This document shows, piece by piece, positions 25,601-39,537 of a stretch of DNA of 64,000 bases. Each line of letters begins with the position of its first letter. Position 1 is the stretch's first letter. The stretch spans positions 27,220,001 to 27,284,000 of the forward strand of contig NW_024704743.1 of the NCBI RefSeq assembly GCF_018977255.1, given 5' to 3'. The notes beneath the pieces were generated by a model. That model was not told the DNA's origin, did not search any database, and saw only the letters and a list, made by a program, of their open reading frames with translations. The DNA is from Callorhinchus milii (taxonomy: Eukaryota). The position numbers and the translations under genes were made by a program.

Positions 25601-26477
25601 TAGCTCAGTGGAAGGTGGCTGGCATACAAAGACTGATCCTGCTCATTTATCAAAACTTCTAGCTGAACCAGAATTTTGTTTCAGGAGCAGCTGTAGTCTC
25701 ACATGAATGCAGCTTTCTTTTACAGTGTCTGTTCTACACCATGTTCGGACTTCACCTTCTGAGCTGCAGGAATGATAAAGCATATACTTGTGGATCTTGA
25801 ATAGATCAACCTATTTCTGTGAGTTTTACTCTTTTGTCTCCTGTACACTGTGGGGTTGAAAATTGCTGTGTATGATATGATGATAATCTGACAGTGTTTA
25901 TTTGCGGTCAATAATCATCAACTGGCTTCTCCTCCACATGATATCAGCAGAGTGGTTTGGCCAGAAGCCAGCAGTAGTCACTATTGTTATTGCCATCTGC
26001 AGGGCCCAGCCTTTTACTGCCTTTTCATGGTATACTGCTCTAAGTCTGATGGTGGAGTCAGGGGCACATCACCAAAAGCGACCAATAATTCAACTGGGTT
26101 GGACCATAATTTTTATATGGTAACATATCCTATGTTACATTTTTCTCCCCCATGTTTTAAATTGAGTCAGACTCCCTCGATCTGAATAGAAGCCCAAAGG
26201 TTTGTGTTTTCTTCCAATACAGTATTTGACTGTAGAGATTCCCACATCAGACTTGGTGAATGACACAGATATTTAAAGATTCTTACCAGGTCCTCCTCAG
26301 ATGGAAATGATGTTAATTTATCAGCCTTGCTTCCAGCCTTTCATTTGCTCTTTTCTCAAAATGACTGAGGGACAATTTGATCTGATGAATATTTAAACTG
26401 GAAATAAATCTACTCCTCTCTTTTGCTGCCCCTTTTCTCCCCCTCTGCTATTTTTTACAGAAAACGTGCTACAATAG

Positions 26478-27600
26478 CAACAACTTGCATCTATATAGAG
26501 GACCAAGAATGGAGCCCTGGGGTACCCTGCAGGTGACCGGGCCGGTAGGAGAAATCATTTGCTGAGATGAAATGGAGGCGGTTGGTTAAAGAGGACTTGA
26601 ACCAAGCGAGTGCAGTACAAAGGTAGATGAGGGAGGAGAGCCGTTGGAGGAAGGTGGTGTGGCTGACTGTTGAACACGGCAGAGAGATCCAGGAGGACGA
26701 GGAGGCAGGAGGAGCCCTGGTCACAGATAGGGAGAATTTCATTTGCGACTTTAACAAGCGCCATCTCTGTGCTATGGGCAGGGCGAAAACCAGACTGCAG
26801 GGGGTTGAGGAGGGAGTGGAGGGAGAGGTTTGTCCGAAGTTGACCTGCACCAATGTATTCCAAGCAAGGAAGGGTAGGTTGGAGATGGGACAGTAGTGTG
26901 CGAGATTAGAGGGATCGAGTGTTGATTTTTGGAGAAGTGGTGAAATGACAGTTTTTTTCAAGGGATTGGAACAGAGTCTGAGGGCTGAGACTGGTTGAAT
27001 GTGTTGGCTGGGAGGGGTGAGTGAAGGGGGAGTTGAGTGACCAGCAGCTGGGTGGGGAGGGGGTCAATGTAGAAGGTGGTGAACTTCATGTGGTTGAGAG
27101 ACAGGAGGAAGAAATGGGGAAAATGGGGACAAAGGAGCGTAAGGAGGGAGTGACAGGAACCGTGGCGGAAGAAGAAGGTGGTGTGGATGTGATAGGTGGG
27201 GTGGAAGGGGAGCATGGTGAGGATGAGGGTGGGGTGGGAGAATGATGCAACCAAGCGGATGTTTTCAATTTTTGAGGCAAAGAAGTCTAGGACCTCTGCG
27301 CACTTGATGTTTGACATGAGGATCGAGGGGGCTTGAGGTGATGCACAGAGGAGGTAATGGACTTTGGAAAACAGCGTCTTTGGATTGTTGTTTGTCTCCA
27401 GGATGACTTTGGAGTAAAAGTCAGATTGGGTCTGTGAAAGGGAGAGGGGGTAGGTGCGGAAGTACTCGAGCCACAGCTGGCTGTGGATCGAGAGGACGGA
27501 TATTTTGCCATCTACGTTTGAGCATCTGGGTTTGTGTTTTGAGTGAGCTGAGATGACTGTTGTACCAGGGAGAGCGGGTGGGTTTGGCAGCAACCTGGGA
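26478..27600 (-). mobile_element. L2 LINE fragment (different subfamily), RT N-terminal half joined to a tail
   Basis: ORFs with [21 protein letters not shown] and [20 protein letters not shown]; tail caacaacttgcatctatatag at 26479. Confidence 0.88.
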
Positions 27601-29141
27601 TTTCAGGGGAGACAGGGGAGCCTTCTTGAAATGTTTCCAAAAAGGTTATGGAGGCGTGTTGCACAATATCCTTACATGTACTTTTGTTTCAGCAAAAGAG
27701 ATACAAACAAGAACTTTTCATCATGCTAAGATTTTCCTTCATTTATCTCTTGTAACACAACATAGATTCAGATTCTGCCAGACAAAATCTTAGTGTCTGT
27801 TTACCTCAATTTACCGACCTTGGCAGATGAGTATATCAATTAGATTTTTTTCATAATAAAATGGTAGCCTGGAGGTCGGTAAAATAATTATCGGGGATTT
27901 TTAGAAAGACCATTGATTCACTCCATGTTTACAGGCACATCTTGCAATATTTCCAAGCCTAGCCATCGGGCAAGTTCAATATCTTCCATATTTTAAATTC
28001 AATCCCTCCTTAGCTCTCAATACTGTCTTTAGTGAAGAAAATAGCTCTCAGGTCAATACAAAGGATAAAAGCATCCTACCTCTTTACTTAAATGATAGTT
28101 TTACATGGCACTGAAAGAAAAATTGACTATCACAACAATGTGTGATAAATTATCATTTTAGCTTTTTCTACTTACTGTATGATAGTGATCCGTAATCCAT
28201 TTTGCTTTATGTTTTCAATTTGCAGTTTTCTCTCTTACATACCTGATATATTGTCTTTCATATACTTTTTTATGTCTATGCGAAGTGCACAGTCATGACT
28301 AGAAAGGCCTCTGTAGCATAGAGGCAAGTGACAGTTCCATGATTTAGATAATTTAATTCAAAATAATTCTCCTCTGCTGGTTAGGAGATACTCAGTTTGG
28401 CAATTTAATATTATCGTGAGAGAGATTATTATATAAAGAAAGCCTCTCGGGCCCAAATGATCTCATCCTTCCAGAATCTTAGCTCTACCATCTTTCTGTT
28501 GCACCATCATTCTGTTTCCGGAGTCCAGTTCCTTGGTTTTGATCATCCATTTCAGCTGTTGGTTATTCTCGCTGTAAAGAAATAATTCCTATTGGCTGTA
28601 CTGAAATTGCCCTTCACAACTATGATCAAGTATTCTCTTATCCTGCTTCCTTAGCGTGAATGTAAATGCACTGGTTTACTTTCTCTATTCTCTTCAGCAT
28701 TTTTTGTACCGTAATAAGGTTCCCTCTGATTTCTTTTTTTCAAGAATGAGGAGCCCTAGCTTATCCAAATACAGTAGGGAGCCAATTATCAACTTAAAAA
28801 ATTACCTTCAGTGATTAAAAAATGTTTGGCTATGCAATTATATGAAGCGACAAGTATGATTGCCAAGTTACCAAGTTACTAAAACACTTGTTGTTAGCAA
28901 TTGTGTATACCTATGTGCAACCTACTATCTACTTCTGTTCCAGAGTCCTATTACCAAAAAACAAACATATGGATAATTGCTGGGTGAATAAATGCAATTC
29001 TACTATATCTCATCCCTCAAACACTGTACTAGCCTAGCTGATTTACTCAATGTTACTTCTAAGGACTGAACATTTCCCTTTTGCCATTTGGTATGTCCTA
29101 ATCAGATCACTGTACAGTTTCAACAAGACTTCTACGTATCT

Positions 29142-29501
29142 GGAGTCCTGTAGCTCAGTGGTTAAAGCAATCACCTCGTAAGTGAGAGACCTGGGTTCAT
29201 TTCCCGGGAGGCTAAAACGTTGAACAAATTTCCTTACTCCACATGTTTCTGTTTACCTAGCAGTAAGTAGGAACCCAGTTGTTAGTCAATTGGTGGATCA
29301 CTTTTCCGGAGGTAATAATTCCTTCAAAAAAAAATTGGTCAATCCATGTCTGTTTGTGGGACATTGTTGTGTGCAATTGGCTGCCACATTTCACCCTCAA
29401 AATATACAGTCAATTCACTTGACAGTTTTTTTTGTGAAGCGCATGTGAAGATACCTCAAAGAAGTGATAAAGGTCTATATTAAATGCAAAGATTATTATT
29501 A
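29142..29501 (+). mobile_element. Full-length tRNA-derived SINE
   Basis: ggagtcctgtagctcagtggttaaagc... through to aaatgcaaagattattatt. Confidence 0.92.
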
Positions 29502-29593
29502 TCTGAGTCAAGCTGATTTGACAATACAGTCAGTGTCCTGTTGCCGTGGTTCTTGCTGACTCTCACTGTGTATATACATATGTATATATATAT

Positions 29594-29896
29594 AATAATA
29601 ATCCTTGCATTTGATATAGTGCTTTGCACATCTTCTAGATGTCTCAAAGTGCTTCACAGAATATACTGTCGGTGAATTGACTGTATATTTTGTGGACAAA
29701 ACGTAGCAGCCAATTGTGAGCTGCAGTGTTCCACAAACAGTCGTGGATTGAGTGACCAAATTTTTATTGTTTTTTCTTGAGGGATTATTATCAGATGTCT
29801 GGAATAAGGAAACTTGCTCAAGGTTTTGTCCTGCCGGGAATCAAACCCAGGTCTCTCGGTTACAAGGCGAATGCTCTAACCACAGAGCTACAGGAC
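29594..29896 (-). mobile_element. tRNA-derived SINE with central deletion, tail-to-tail with the previous copy
   Basis: Reverse complement begins gtcctgtagctctgtggttagagcattcgccttgtaacc and ends in (ATT)n. Confidence 0.9.
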
Positions 29897-31709
29897 GTTT
29901 GGATATCATGGTGAAAAGTCAAATATCGCCTCATGTGATACTTTGTCCAAAATGTTTAGAAGTCTACTTATAGAATTCCCATTGTCAATTTGTAATATCA
30001 TCTCCTCATAAAGTCAATGGCAAGATCTATTTCTTCTGAAACAGTGTCAGTTCCCATTTATTACATTATATTCAGACAGCTACTATTCCACACTAGTGTT
30101 GTTCGTCATGTCTCTTCAGAGACTTTTAACTAACAGAATGTTAATGCCAATATTTGTTTTAAAAATTTAAATTAGTCCTTTTCTGGCCTTCTTTAAGGAC
30201 CACCTAATATTGTTTTACCATTGGATACTACTGTGGCCTTTATCTCTTAAGACAAACTGAATGCTACTTGCACTTTTCATTTTCTCAATCTCATCGTCTT
30301 AGAATCAGTGAGTGGGATCTCTCTTCCACCTCATCCATGGAGAAATATTGACAGGGTAATTGCACATACAAGATCTGGGCATATAGAGAGAAATAAATGT
30401 GCAAAACTGAAGCCCCATGTATTTGAATGGGGATTCACCGAGGCACGTTTAAGTTTACAAATGAAAAAAAAACTTGTATCCAATGCAATTCTTCAACAGT
30501 TAGAAATTCCTTTACATCCTTAAAAATCAATTCTCACCCTCTATATTCCCTTGAGCATTTATTTATGTTCAGCAGTGAGATGATGCACACTATGTTAATG
30601 ATGAGGAGTGCTGATTTAGATATCATTCCTGGAGCTCCAACTAGATATAAAGCTGAGGAGGAAACATTCTGTCAATTCTGTCATATCATTAAAAAAACAC
30701 TTCTCCAGACTGCCACAACTGAATAAAGCTGAAATTGTCAACATTGAAATCTAAATGGTTAAACAGCCTATTTTTTCAGCAAGTATAAATTAATTGTTTG
30801 TCATTCTTCAATAATAACAACCACATAAAATGCTTTCTCCAAAGGTAGTAAAGAGTCTACAGTTAATTCTAGTTTGACCATCGCATTATTATCTTCCTAT
30901 TCAACCCAATTCACATCAGATCAGTGGAGCATCCAGTCATTTATTCAAAATAATCCTTGCACTTGACATAGCGTCTTTCATATTGGAGGACATCTCAAAG
31001 CGCTTCATAGGATTTAATGCAAGATGTAGTGACTGTGTATTTTGTAGGCGAATGGCCCAGAAATGTAAATGATGAGTACAATGGGAAAAAATGTTTTAAC
31101 TATTACAGACCTTGAAATCAAACTGACTTAATTGCATCACTGACAATTCAAAAGTGAAAATCTATGGAAGATGTTCCCAGTAAAGTGTCTTCTTTCTTTG
31201 TTAATTTGCATTGATATTCAACTGATGACACTGTGGATTATGCTATCATTTTATAACTTGGGATAACAAGGACAGAATATTCACCTACAGCGATGCTCTA
31301 TTATAATGTTTGGGATCCATAAACCCATTTTAGTGACCTAACATTGTAACCTGCACACTAATGAGGCGTGACAGACAGTTTTATTGTGCTAACTAAATGG
31401 CAGATTTCTGAGTTATCAGGTTGCCACTTTCACCTCCTGTGCGAAAAGTAGGAATAATAATAATAATATAATCCCCGCATTTGATATCCCTTATCACCTC
31501 TTCGAAGTAACATTATTGGTGACCTATTCACCCAGACGTTGACCACTTCCTGTGCACATTGGTGGTGACCTAATTATCAAAAATGTGTCTGTTTTAGCAC
31601 GAGAGTCGGCCAGTGTGTGAAAAGCAAATGAGTTAGCAGCACACATGCACAGTGGATAGGGTCTACAATGGAATTTTGTTAAGACTGAATGCATACCACA
31701 AAGAGACAC

Positions 31710-32000
31710 ATCCTTCAGGTGAGATATAAACTAAGGTCCCATCTGTCTGTCAAGGTGGACGTTGAAAATCCTATGGCACTATTTGAAAAGGGAAGGGCAT
31801 TTCTCTGGGTCTCCTGGCCAACAATCCCCAATTAAAATTGGTCATTCATTCCATACTTGTCGATGAGACATTGCTGTACACAAATTGACTGCTGCATTCG
31901 CCCACAAAATACAGTCACACAACTTTAAAGCATACCCTGTGAAGCGCTATTCTCAATGACATTATAAGGCACTGCATTAAACACAAGAATTATTATTATA
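31710..32000 (+). mobile_element. Deu-domain SINE, 5'-truncated
   Basis: ggtgagatataaactaaggtcccatctgtctgtcaaggtggacgttgaaaatcctatggcactatttg. Confidence 0.8.
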
Positions 32001-32064
32001 ATGGGGCTGTAATATATAAGTGTAAATATATGAGTATCACATAAATTGGTTCACGTCTTCTGCA

Positions 32065-32335
32065 TGTTCCTCGCTCTTCTGCTCCACAATTGGTGGCACG
32101 TTTTCAGCCACTATGCTCCAAACCTCTGGAACTCCTTGTCTCAATCACCCAGTTTTGCCCCCTCTTTGCCCATCTTCAAATCACACCTCAAGACTTTCCT
32201 CTTTGACCCAGCCTTCGGTCATCTCACCTCCCTCTCTAGTTCAGCATCAAGTCACGTGGCTGTTAAATGCTCCGTCACACTACCTATTTGAAGGACTCTA
32301 TATAAATGCAAGTTATTGTCATTGTTGTTGTTGTG
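32065..32335 (+). mobile_element. L2 3' fragment
   Basis: APNLWNSL..FKSHLKTFLF; tail ataaatgcaagttattgtc. Confidence 0.8.
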
Positions 32336-33371
32336 ATCAGGCACTCCAAGGAAGTGCTTCATTTTGGGGACATTTTAATTCCACTTTATTGTGTGCAATT
32401 AGTCTCAAAGGTTACAATAATGCACCCAGAATTACAGACTATAAATAAGCACAATATTCGGTGCTTTAAAAATATAAACTACACACCAGATAATGCATTT
32501 TATTACTCAATTGGGTAAAAAATGGTAACTAATCCTGATGTGATAGAATTATCACATTGAATCTAATGTTCATTTGTCACCGCCTTATTTCATTGACCTG
32601 TTTGGACAACGTATGACTGTTCATAGAGGGAGCACTATGATGCTACACATTTGAACAGTAACACGATTTAAAGTAGCAAAGCGCAATAGACCAAATTTAG
32701 TTCCGAAAATCAGCTCAGTTGGCATTTTGTGCAGAAGTCATTACACTTTGATTACATCTGTGTCTTCCAGATATAATGTTCTGTTCCATTATACATTATA
32801 GTCCTGCATCTCTAAATCAAGTGTCTTATTGGAACTGAAATAAATAGATCTCACCAAGGAACTTGTGAAGAACTTCACTGGGTACGTTGTTTCTGATTGA
32901 GGTCCAGGCTTTTTTTGCTGCTTAATCTTTGATCCACAGACTCTATCTCACTGTCTGTTCATTTGTAAGGTAGGCAAGAGTTTATACTTCTCTGTGGAAT
33001 GTTCATTCTGACACTTCTCTGCGGCTACTATTTTTGATCATGAACTTCACAACACTTTAATTTATGACTGCTAATAACTTTCACAAAGTGATCAAATCCA
33101 TCATTCACAAGCAACATATTTGTTTCTCACTTATTTGAGTACTACACTGCCAAATTCAAAACCAACTTCCTTTCCAATTGCCAGATTAATTGTTCATTTT
33201 GTATTTTCTTATTTGGCATCTCTGGTAATTTCATGCTGTGTTGATGGATAAACCAATAATAATGTTGACAATATACAATTCAAGTCTGATTTGTTGATAC
33301 ACACTTTGCAAACATGCTGATCTACTTTGTGCTGTGGGCTTTTTTTGCTTCAGGTCTTCCAGCTGAGGTCA

Positions 33372-33810
33372 GGTGTCCGTCTGGCTCAGGTGGTAGCACT
33401 CTTGCCTCTGACTAGAAGGTTGGGAGTGCAAGTCCCATGTTGGGACTCAGAACTCACAGTTGAGGCTGACTCTTCAGTGCATATCTGGGGATTGGCTGCA
33501 TTGTCAGAGATGTTGTGTTGCTGATGAGACATTAAACCAAAGGCCCATCAACCTATTCAGGTTCAGATAAACTTGATGCCTAAGATCCTATGGCACTGAT
33601 TGAAAAAAGAAGAAATTTTCTCCCAATGTCCTGGCCAACAAATCCACAAATAAAACTGATCATTCTGTTTTTATGTTTGTGGAACAATGCTGGGCACAAA
33701 TTGACTGTTGCATCCTTCTACTAATGCACATGCTGGAACCTTTAGTGGTAACTCTTGTGAAGCGCTTTGAGATGTTTCAATAAGGCATTATGTCAAATAG
33801 TAGGATTTAT
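33372..33810 (+). mobile_element. Near full-length Deu-domain SINE with tRNA-like head
   Basis: tggctcaggtggtagcactcttgcctctgactagaaggttgggagtgcaagtccc head, Deu-like core and a gtgaagcgctttgagatg tail; a more degenerate copy follows at 33870-34160. Confidence 0.82.
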
Positions 33811-36349
33811 GTCATTTACAGCTCAGATGAAATGCACAACAATGCTGAAAAGAACCTGAGAACTTGTCTGTATGGCTCAGATGAGATGACCTTTGCTTCT
33901 GGATCAGAACATGGTAGCTTCAGGGTGCACACCAGGAATTGAGCAAATAGTCTAATCTGCAGTACTGAAGGAGAGTTGCATGTTGGAAGTGCTGTACCTT
34001 GGATGAGACTTCAATTATGGTCCCTGCTGTGTGGTTTACATAGATGGTAAATATCCCATCGTGGGTATATCAAACTGTAGGGATTTTCCTGGCTGATATT
34101 CCTCCCTTCACCAAAAAAACCTCAACTGAAATAGTATGATTCATCTAATTATTGTTCATACGTATTGCTAGATTAATGATAGGGTTGATGGTATGTCTGT
34201 GTCTTAAGTCTTATTGACAGGCTGGTCAACGATCAATAATATCTTGGATTACAGTGGACCTTTGGAAAACTCATCTCCTCTGTGAAATTTCAGTTCAGTG
34301 AGATCCAACTTATTTAATTTCAATGATGATGTGTTTCAAACTCATTTTAGTGACTCAAAAAAGGTGAAATCTAAATGAATTCCCCAGAATCAAACCCTGG
34401 CTGGATGGAAGGGAGCCACAAAACTGGCAAGACTGTATTATTACATTTCTATAGGTTATATAAGGGAAAACACTTTAGCGAAAAACAATGTTAAAATGTA
34501 GAAATACACAGTGCCCGAGTTCCCTGACCACACAGGATGTAGAAATAGAACAATGGTCTGTTATTAATGTATGCATTCTACAAGTGTAGCCATTCATTTA
34601 CTTGAGTGTCAAAAGTGAATGAGAGACCTGACATATGTCTCTATAATTCATTTTTGGGCCATCCATCATTTCATATAATATTTTCTTCCCATGTTTCTTC
34701 TTGTCTGATTTGATAAAACAAAAATCTGTCGTCACATCAGAATGAATTGACTCAATATATAAGGTCACTGGTAACGATGAATAATGAGTATGTGATGTAA
34801 TAGGTAAAACATCCTTAAAAATTATAGTCTTTTACAAATAGAACCTCTGAAGACTGTCACACGTAACAAATGCAAACTGGTAAAGGAATTCTATGAACAT
34901 TAGTCGTACTCTCATAGTTTCAGCATTCAAATTTGAATCACGGTTAAATTAAAAGGCATGAGGCGATATGCCTAGAGCATTAAATCTCTTTATAAACCAC
35001 TCTGGCATTACAAGGATCATAGTTACCAACTCAAGCATAAAGACAGCAGTTGCTGCAAATCATCATCTTGGATTAGCATTGATCGTAAGTTAAAACACCT
35101 AATCAGGAGCTAGTTCCCATTACTCAAATTCATTCAACAAGGTTCTTTCTGTATAAAAATGTACGCTAATATATACTTACCAAAAGAATTGTGGCACAGA
35201 AGGAGGCCATTCGGCCCATCGAGTAATGATGAAACATTATACATCGCTGGTAATGGCATGCAAAGCTGAGTGCCTGAAGGAGATAATGTTTTAAAAAGGG
35301 CTCAGATTGGAATAAATGGTTTGAGCACTATTGGTTTGCATGGTGCCATGTACATCAGGCCTACCCGCTGAGATTTCTGTTGGAACAGAAGGATGATTCA
35401 GAGCAGGTTATTTAGAACTTGGTGAGATGTACAAGGGGTTTCTTGCAGGGGATGTACTTTACATCCCAAGACATTATTTCAGATATGAGGCGCAATTTAC
35501 ACCTTATTTCAGATATGAAGTGCAATCTACACTGTTTCAGATGTGAAACACAGGTTGCTGCTATTTTTCCCATTCAAGCACTTTTTCAATCTCAGTAATG
35601 GTTATATGTTTATCAACCTGTACGCTCCCTCCGACCAGCAGGCTGTGGCCTACTCCAACCCATCTGAGCGGGAACTGTGAGGAGTCTTTGGGTGGACAAC
35701 AGATCCAGATGCTATGCTCACCAAATGGCCATACATATCACTTTCCATAGAACCATTGGCATTTACAGCACAGAAGAAGACCATTCTGCCTATTGTGTTT
35801 GTGCTGGCTTTTTTGGGTGCATTCTGTCAGTCCGATTTACCTGCCTGTTTGAAAGCTAATATGACTTTACCCTAACCACCACTTTTTGCAGGGCATTTCA
35901 TATCGTATGAACTTCCAGAAGAAGTCATTGGATAGCTTTCATGAACCTAAGGCTGAATTTTTTTTTACCTAGTCCCATGAAGCCAATGTCCATTTTAGAG
36001 TTCTTAAAGTTTAGAACTACTAACTCAGCACAGGCAAGGACTAAGTCAAATCTTTCCTTGTTTTTGTTTGTTTGCCTCAGTCGTACAATTGTAACTTTAC
36101 TGATCAAGGTCATCAAAAAAATCCAAACAAATGATATTTGATATTTGAAATGCAAGAAGGGGAAACTAAATCAAAAGCATTCTATGTAGAAAGCTTCTAT
36201 TCCAATCTCCATGAACTCCTCAGTGAAATAATGAATATTTGATTACCTAAAATGATAATTGAGTAGCATAACATAATTTTAAGTGCATAATGAGGGAGAA
36301 GGAAATAAAGAGATGTGGGATAGGGGATTAGAAGGGGTGGAGGCTTAAA

Positions 36350-36520
36350 AGAAATTGGTCACTCAATCCATGACTGTTTGTGGGACACTGCTCTGCACAA
36401 TTGGTTGCCACGTTTCACCCACAAAATACAGTCAATCCACTTGGCAATATATTCTGTGAAGCACTTTGAGATGTCTCAACAATGTGATCGGAGTTATGTC
36501 AAATGCAAGGATTATTAATT
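36350..36520 (+). mobile_element. SINE 3' fragment inside a degenerate CR1 tail
   Basis: aattggtcactcaatccatgactgtttgtgggacac...aaatgcaaggattatt. Confidence 0.8.
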
Positions 36521-37479
36521 ATGGCGCATAACAACAACAACTTACATTTATTTAGTGCCCTTCATGTGGGGTAGCATACCATAGCACTAAATAAACACTG
36601 CTGAAGAGTATTTGGGCTGTATGGTCTGTTTCCATCTTGTAAAAAAAATTTATTAGCTTCACATTATCCTACACAAAGGGTACTATATAGATGCAAGTTC
36701 CTGTTGTTTTTGTAATTCTATGTAAATCATTGGCTTAAGTTATAAACCGTTTCAAAATAATACTTTTTTTTAATATACACCATTTTAATTGAATGCAAAG
36801 TAAAAACTACTCTCACCTTGCATGAACTGATATGGACTGACATTGGCCTATATTTCAAGCTGAGCACCACATCTAGATTCACAATGACTGAGCTAAAGAA
36901 CTTATGAAGCACTTACTTAAGTTTCAGCTTGATAAGCCCCAGTACAAATGCAAGTTCTTTCTTACTAAACCATTCGGTGGAATCATTACAGGATTGCACC
37001 TTCATGTTGCTAACATAAGGGGAAAGGCTGTTTTGTGAAGTAAATTACAAGGTTATTCACAACACAGTATGTACCATATAACTAGTAGTGTTATGGCTGG
37101 GAGTTGACTCTTGCCACCTCTGGCATATGTTTCTGGGGAGATGCTGCCAGCTCTCACACAGAAATCATGTTGGCAACTTCTGGAATACAAAAGATAATAA
37201 CTGCACCCGCTGTTCAGATTGGTTTTGTTGGAATCATGCCTTTAAACACTATTGTGAGCATCTGCTCTGCTAATGCCCACTGCAGGGTAAAGGAACCAAC
37301 TCAGCATTACCTCTTCTTACTTCCTGGCATCAGCTGGATGCACTTGTCAGCTACCTTTTATGGTTGAGCAGTCTTAATCTGTGTTTTCCTCCCGCTATCC
37401 CACATTTAAGGAATTAATGTGGCATTAAAGTGGGGCTAAAAAAAGTGTTTCCAAAACTATGCAACCCTTGGATGAAATA

Positions 37480-37940
37480 AAGGTGATGTTTCATATTTAA
37501 CCAGGCTATATTGCTAAACTATCCCCAGAATACTATTTATAGTGCCTTGGTTAGGCTGCATTAGACAAGGTAGGGCTCTTTAATCTTCAGAGAAGGTGAC
37601 TCAGAGGGATACCATAGATGTATATTATTTTCAATCAGATTGAAAAAGTAAACCAAGAACAATACTTTAGGATTTAATATGCAGTAAAACAAAAACAAAA
37701 GTGCAAAGTTTAGAATTGCAAAGGGCAATTTCAGAGCAACCCTAAAAAATATTTCTTTACACAGAGGATAACTAATACCTGGAACAGGTTTCCAGGAAGG
37801 GTGGTTGATGTCAGGGAACTGGAAATACTTTTTTCAAAAACAATTTAATGGGGTGATTGGAAGACTGTGGAATGAGTATTCCAGAAGGATGAGATTAAAT
37901 AGGTTGAAGGGTCTTTTTAATCTAAACCAATCTTGTGATC
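37480..37940 (+). mobile_element. CR1 3' fragment (old)
   Basis: tttctttacacagagg...acctggaacagg...; tail aatcttgtgatcttgtg. Confidence 0.65.
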
Positions 37941-38439
37941 TTGTGGTAAGAGATTTGTTGTTGCGTTAAATCTATTGTGAAACAATACATTTTTCATCTA
38001 ACTTTTTTTAAATCACAGGGTTATAACAAATGTAATGTATGTCCAATTGTTGTTGTGTGCATTTTTGGGTCCAATTGCAGTAATTTGTTATGGGATACAA
38101 TTATGCAAACATATTTATATAGTTTATACTATTTAAATCCTCAGTACAGTTTCATGGCTCTCACAAGTTTAACTAACGGTGACTATCTCTAGCATTTTAT
38201 TGCCCTGCTCTTTATTTTTCTACTTTCAATATTCTTCATCTCTCAATCTCCTTAGAGACGTCAAAGTTCTCATGGTCTCAGCCTGAAAAGAAATGTCTGA
38301 AAATTGAAAATCTGCCCAAAATAGTTTCAAATTCTTATAATCAATCTTAGTTTGTGTGCTGATTTTCCAACATTCTTAAAAATAAACATACATTTATAAT
38401 TACTGGCAAGAGTTACTATTTTCACATTTAGCCAGGAAG

Positions 38440-38808
38440 GAATGCATTCTCAGTGTCCCTTTATCTCCCAAAAGTTAGATTCCTAAAGGAAAGGTTAATT
38501 TCCAGCCAAGCATCAAATTACATCTGAAGTCACTGAGAGAATGAAAGGTCTGGAGAGATATGTCCCATACCAACCATTCTTCTGTCCCCTTCGATTGAGA
38601 TGAGCAATTGTTTTTGAATTATAGGCGAGTTTGTTCTTTGGATGTGCCACCAGTCCAGTAACTGAATTGAAACTTTCCAAACTCATTTCACATACAGCCT
38701 TTAAAGCAGACACATGGAGAAAACTTTATTTCTCTCCAGTTATGTTCAATTTAATTTTAAAATCCAGAAATTGGACAGTTTTCTATTCTATTGCTTATCT
38801 GCTCCCCC
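38440..38808 (-). mobile_element. LF-SINE-like element
   Basis: Minus strand starts ggggagcagata and contains tatgtgaaatgagtttgg...ttcagttactggactggtggcacatc, resembling the LF-SINE consensus as I recall it; not verified by search. Confidence 0.6.
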
Positions 38809-38961
38809 TATTCTCCTGAACAAACATTTTTTACTAACCAACAGATCAAAATTCTGAAGCACTGAATTTCTGTCAGTTGTCTATAGCTGTAGATATCCAA
38901 ACTCCAGTCCGAGATGCTACCCTTATGAAGTGCATTATATGAATGGAACTTGTTGAATTGT

Positions 38962-39480
38962 TAGTCACACGGATGTTGACACATGCAGAAATTGATCACC
39001 ATGCTTAAGAGTATCCAAACCAAATTGAGAATGCCATGCATCCCATCTACACATGGAAATCCCGGAGATAGATTATTGGAATGGAAGGCACACTCTCTCC
39101 TTGGAGAGATGCATCCTGCTACCTAATTCCAGAGAGTATTAGGCGAGTTTGGCAAAAGCCAAGGCTTGGGGACCCCAGAGTGTGCATTGGGGGTACTATT
39201 TGATGGGTGCTTGTCTTGGAATCTAACCAGCTAAAAGCCATTTAGCTTGCTACTGAGAGCATTACCTGGTAAGCTTTCCTGCTGCTTCTCTAGCTAGGAC
39301 TACCCTACGCATAAGTGATTTGTCTTGCAGGGTTAATGGGAGTTGAGTGGGAAAAGTCCAGGCCCCCAGTGATGGGTCTGCCTTTCCATGTCCTGCCAAA
39401 GAGTTAGGTTGGCTGGGCTGTCATCAACAGTGCCCTGAAGTACTGCAGACACATCAAGGAGATCCTGCTTACCTGCACCC
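38962..39480 (-). mobile_element. Unassigned poly(A) family copy (~500 bp)
   Basis: Collinear with the copies at 8912, 19965, 25225 and 56680. Confidence 0.8.
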
Positions 39481-39537
39481 AAGGAGGATAGTTAATAATT
39501 AGTCATTTGACATGGGATTGAGCCCTCACTAGGTGGA

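Noticed and set aside
25726..26397. Splice-site-bounded segments at 25726-25818 (+) and 26287-26397 (-)
   Set aside because: Stop codons in all three frames; they could only be non-coding exons and nothing else supports them.
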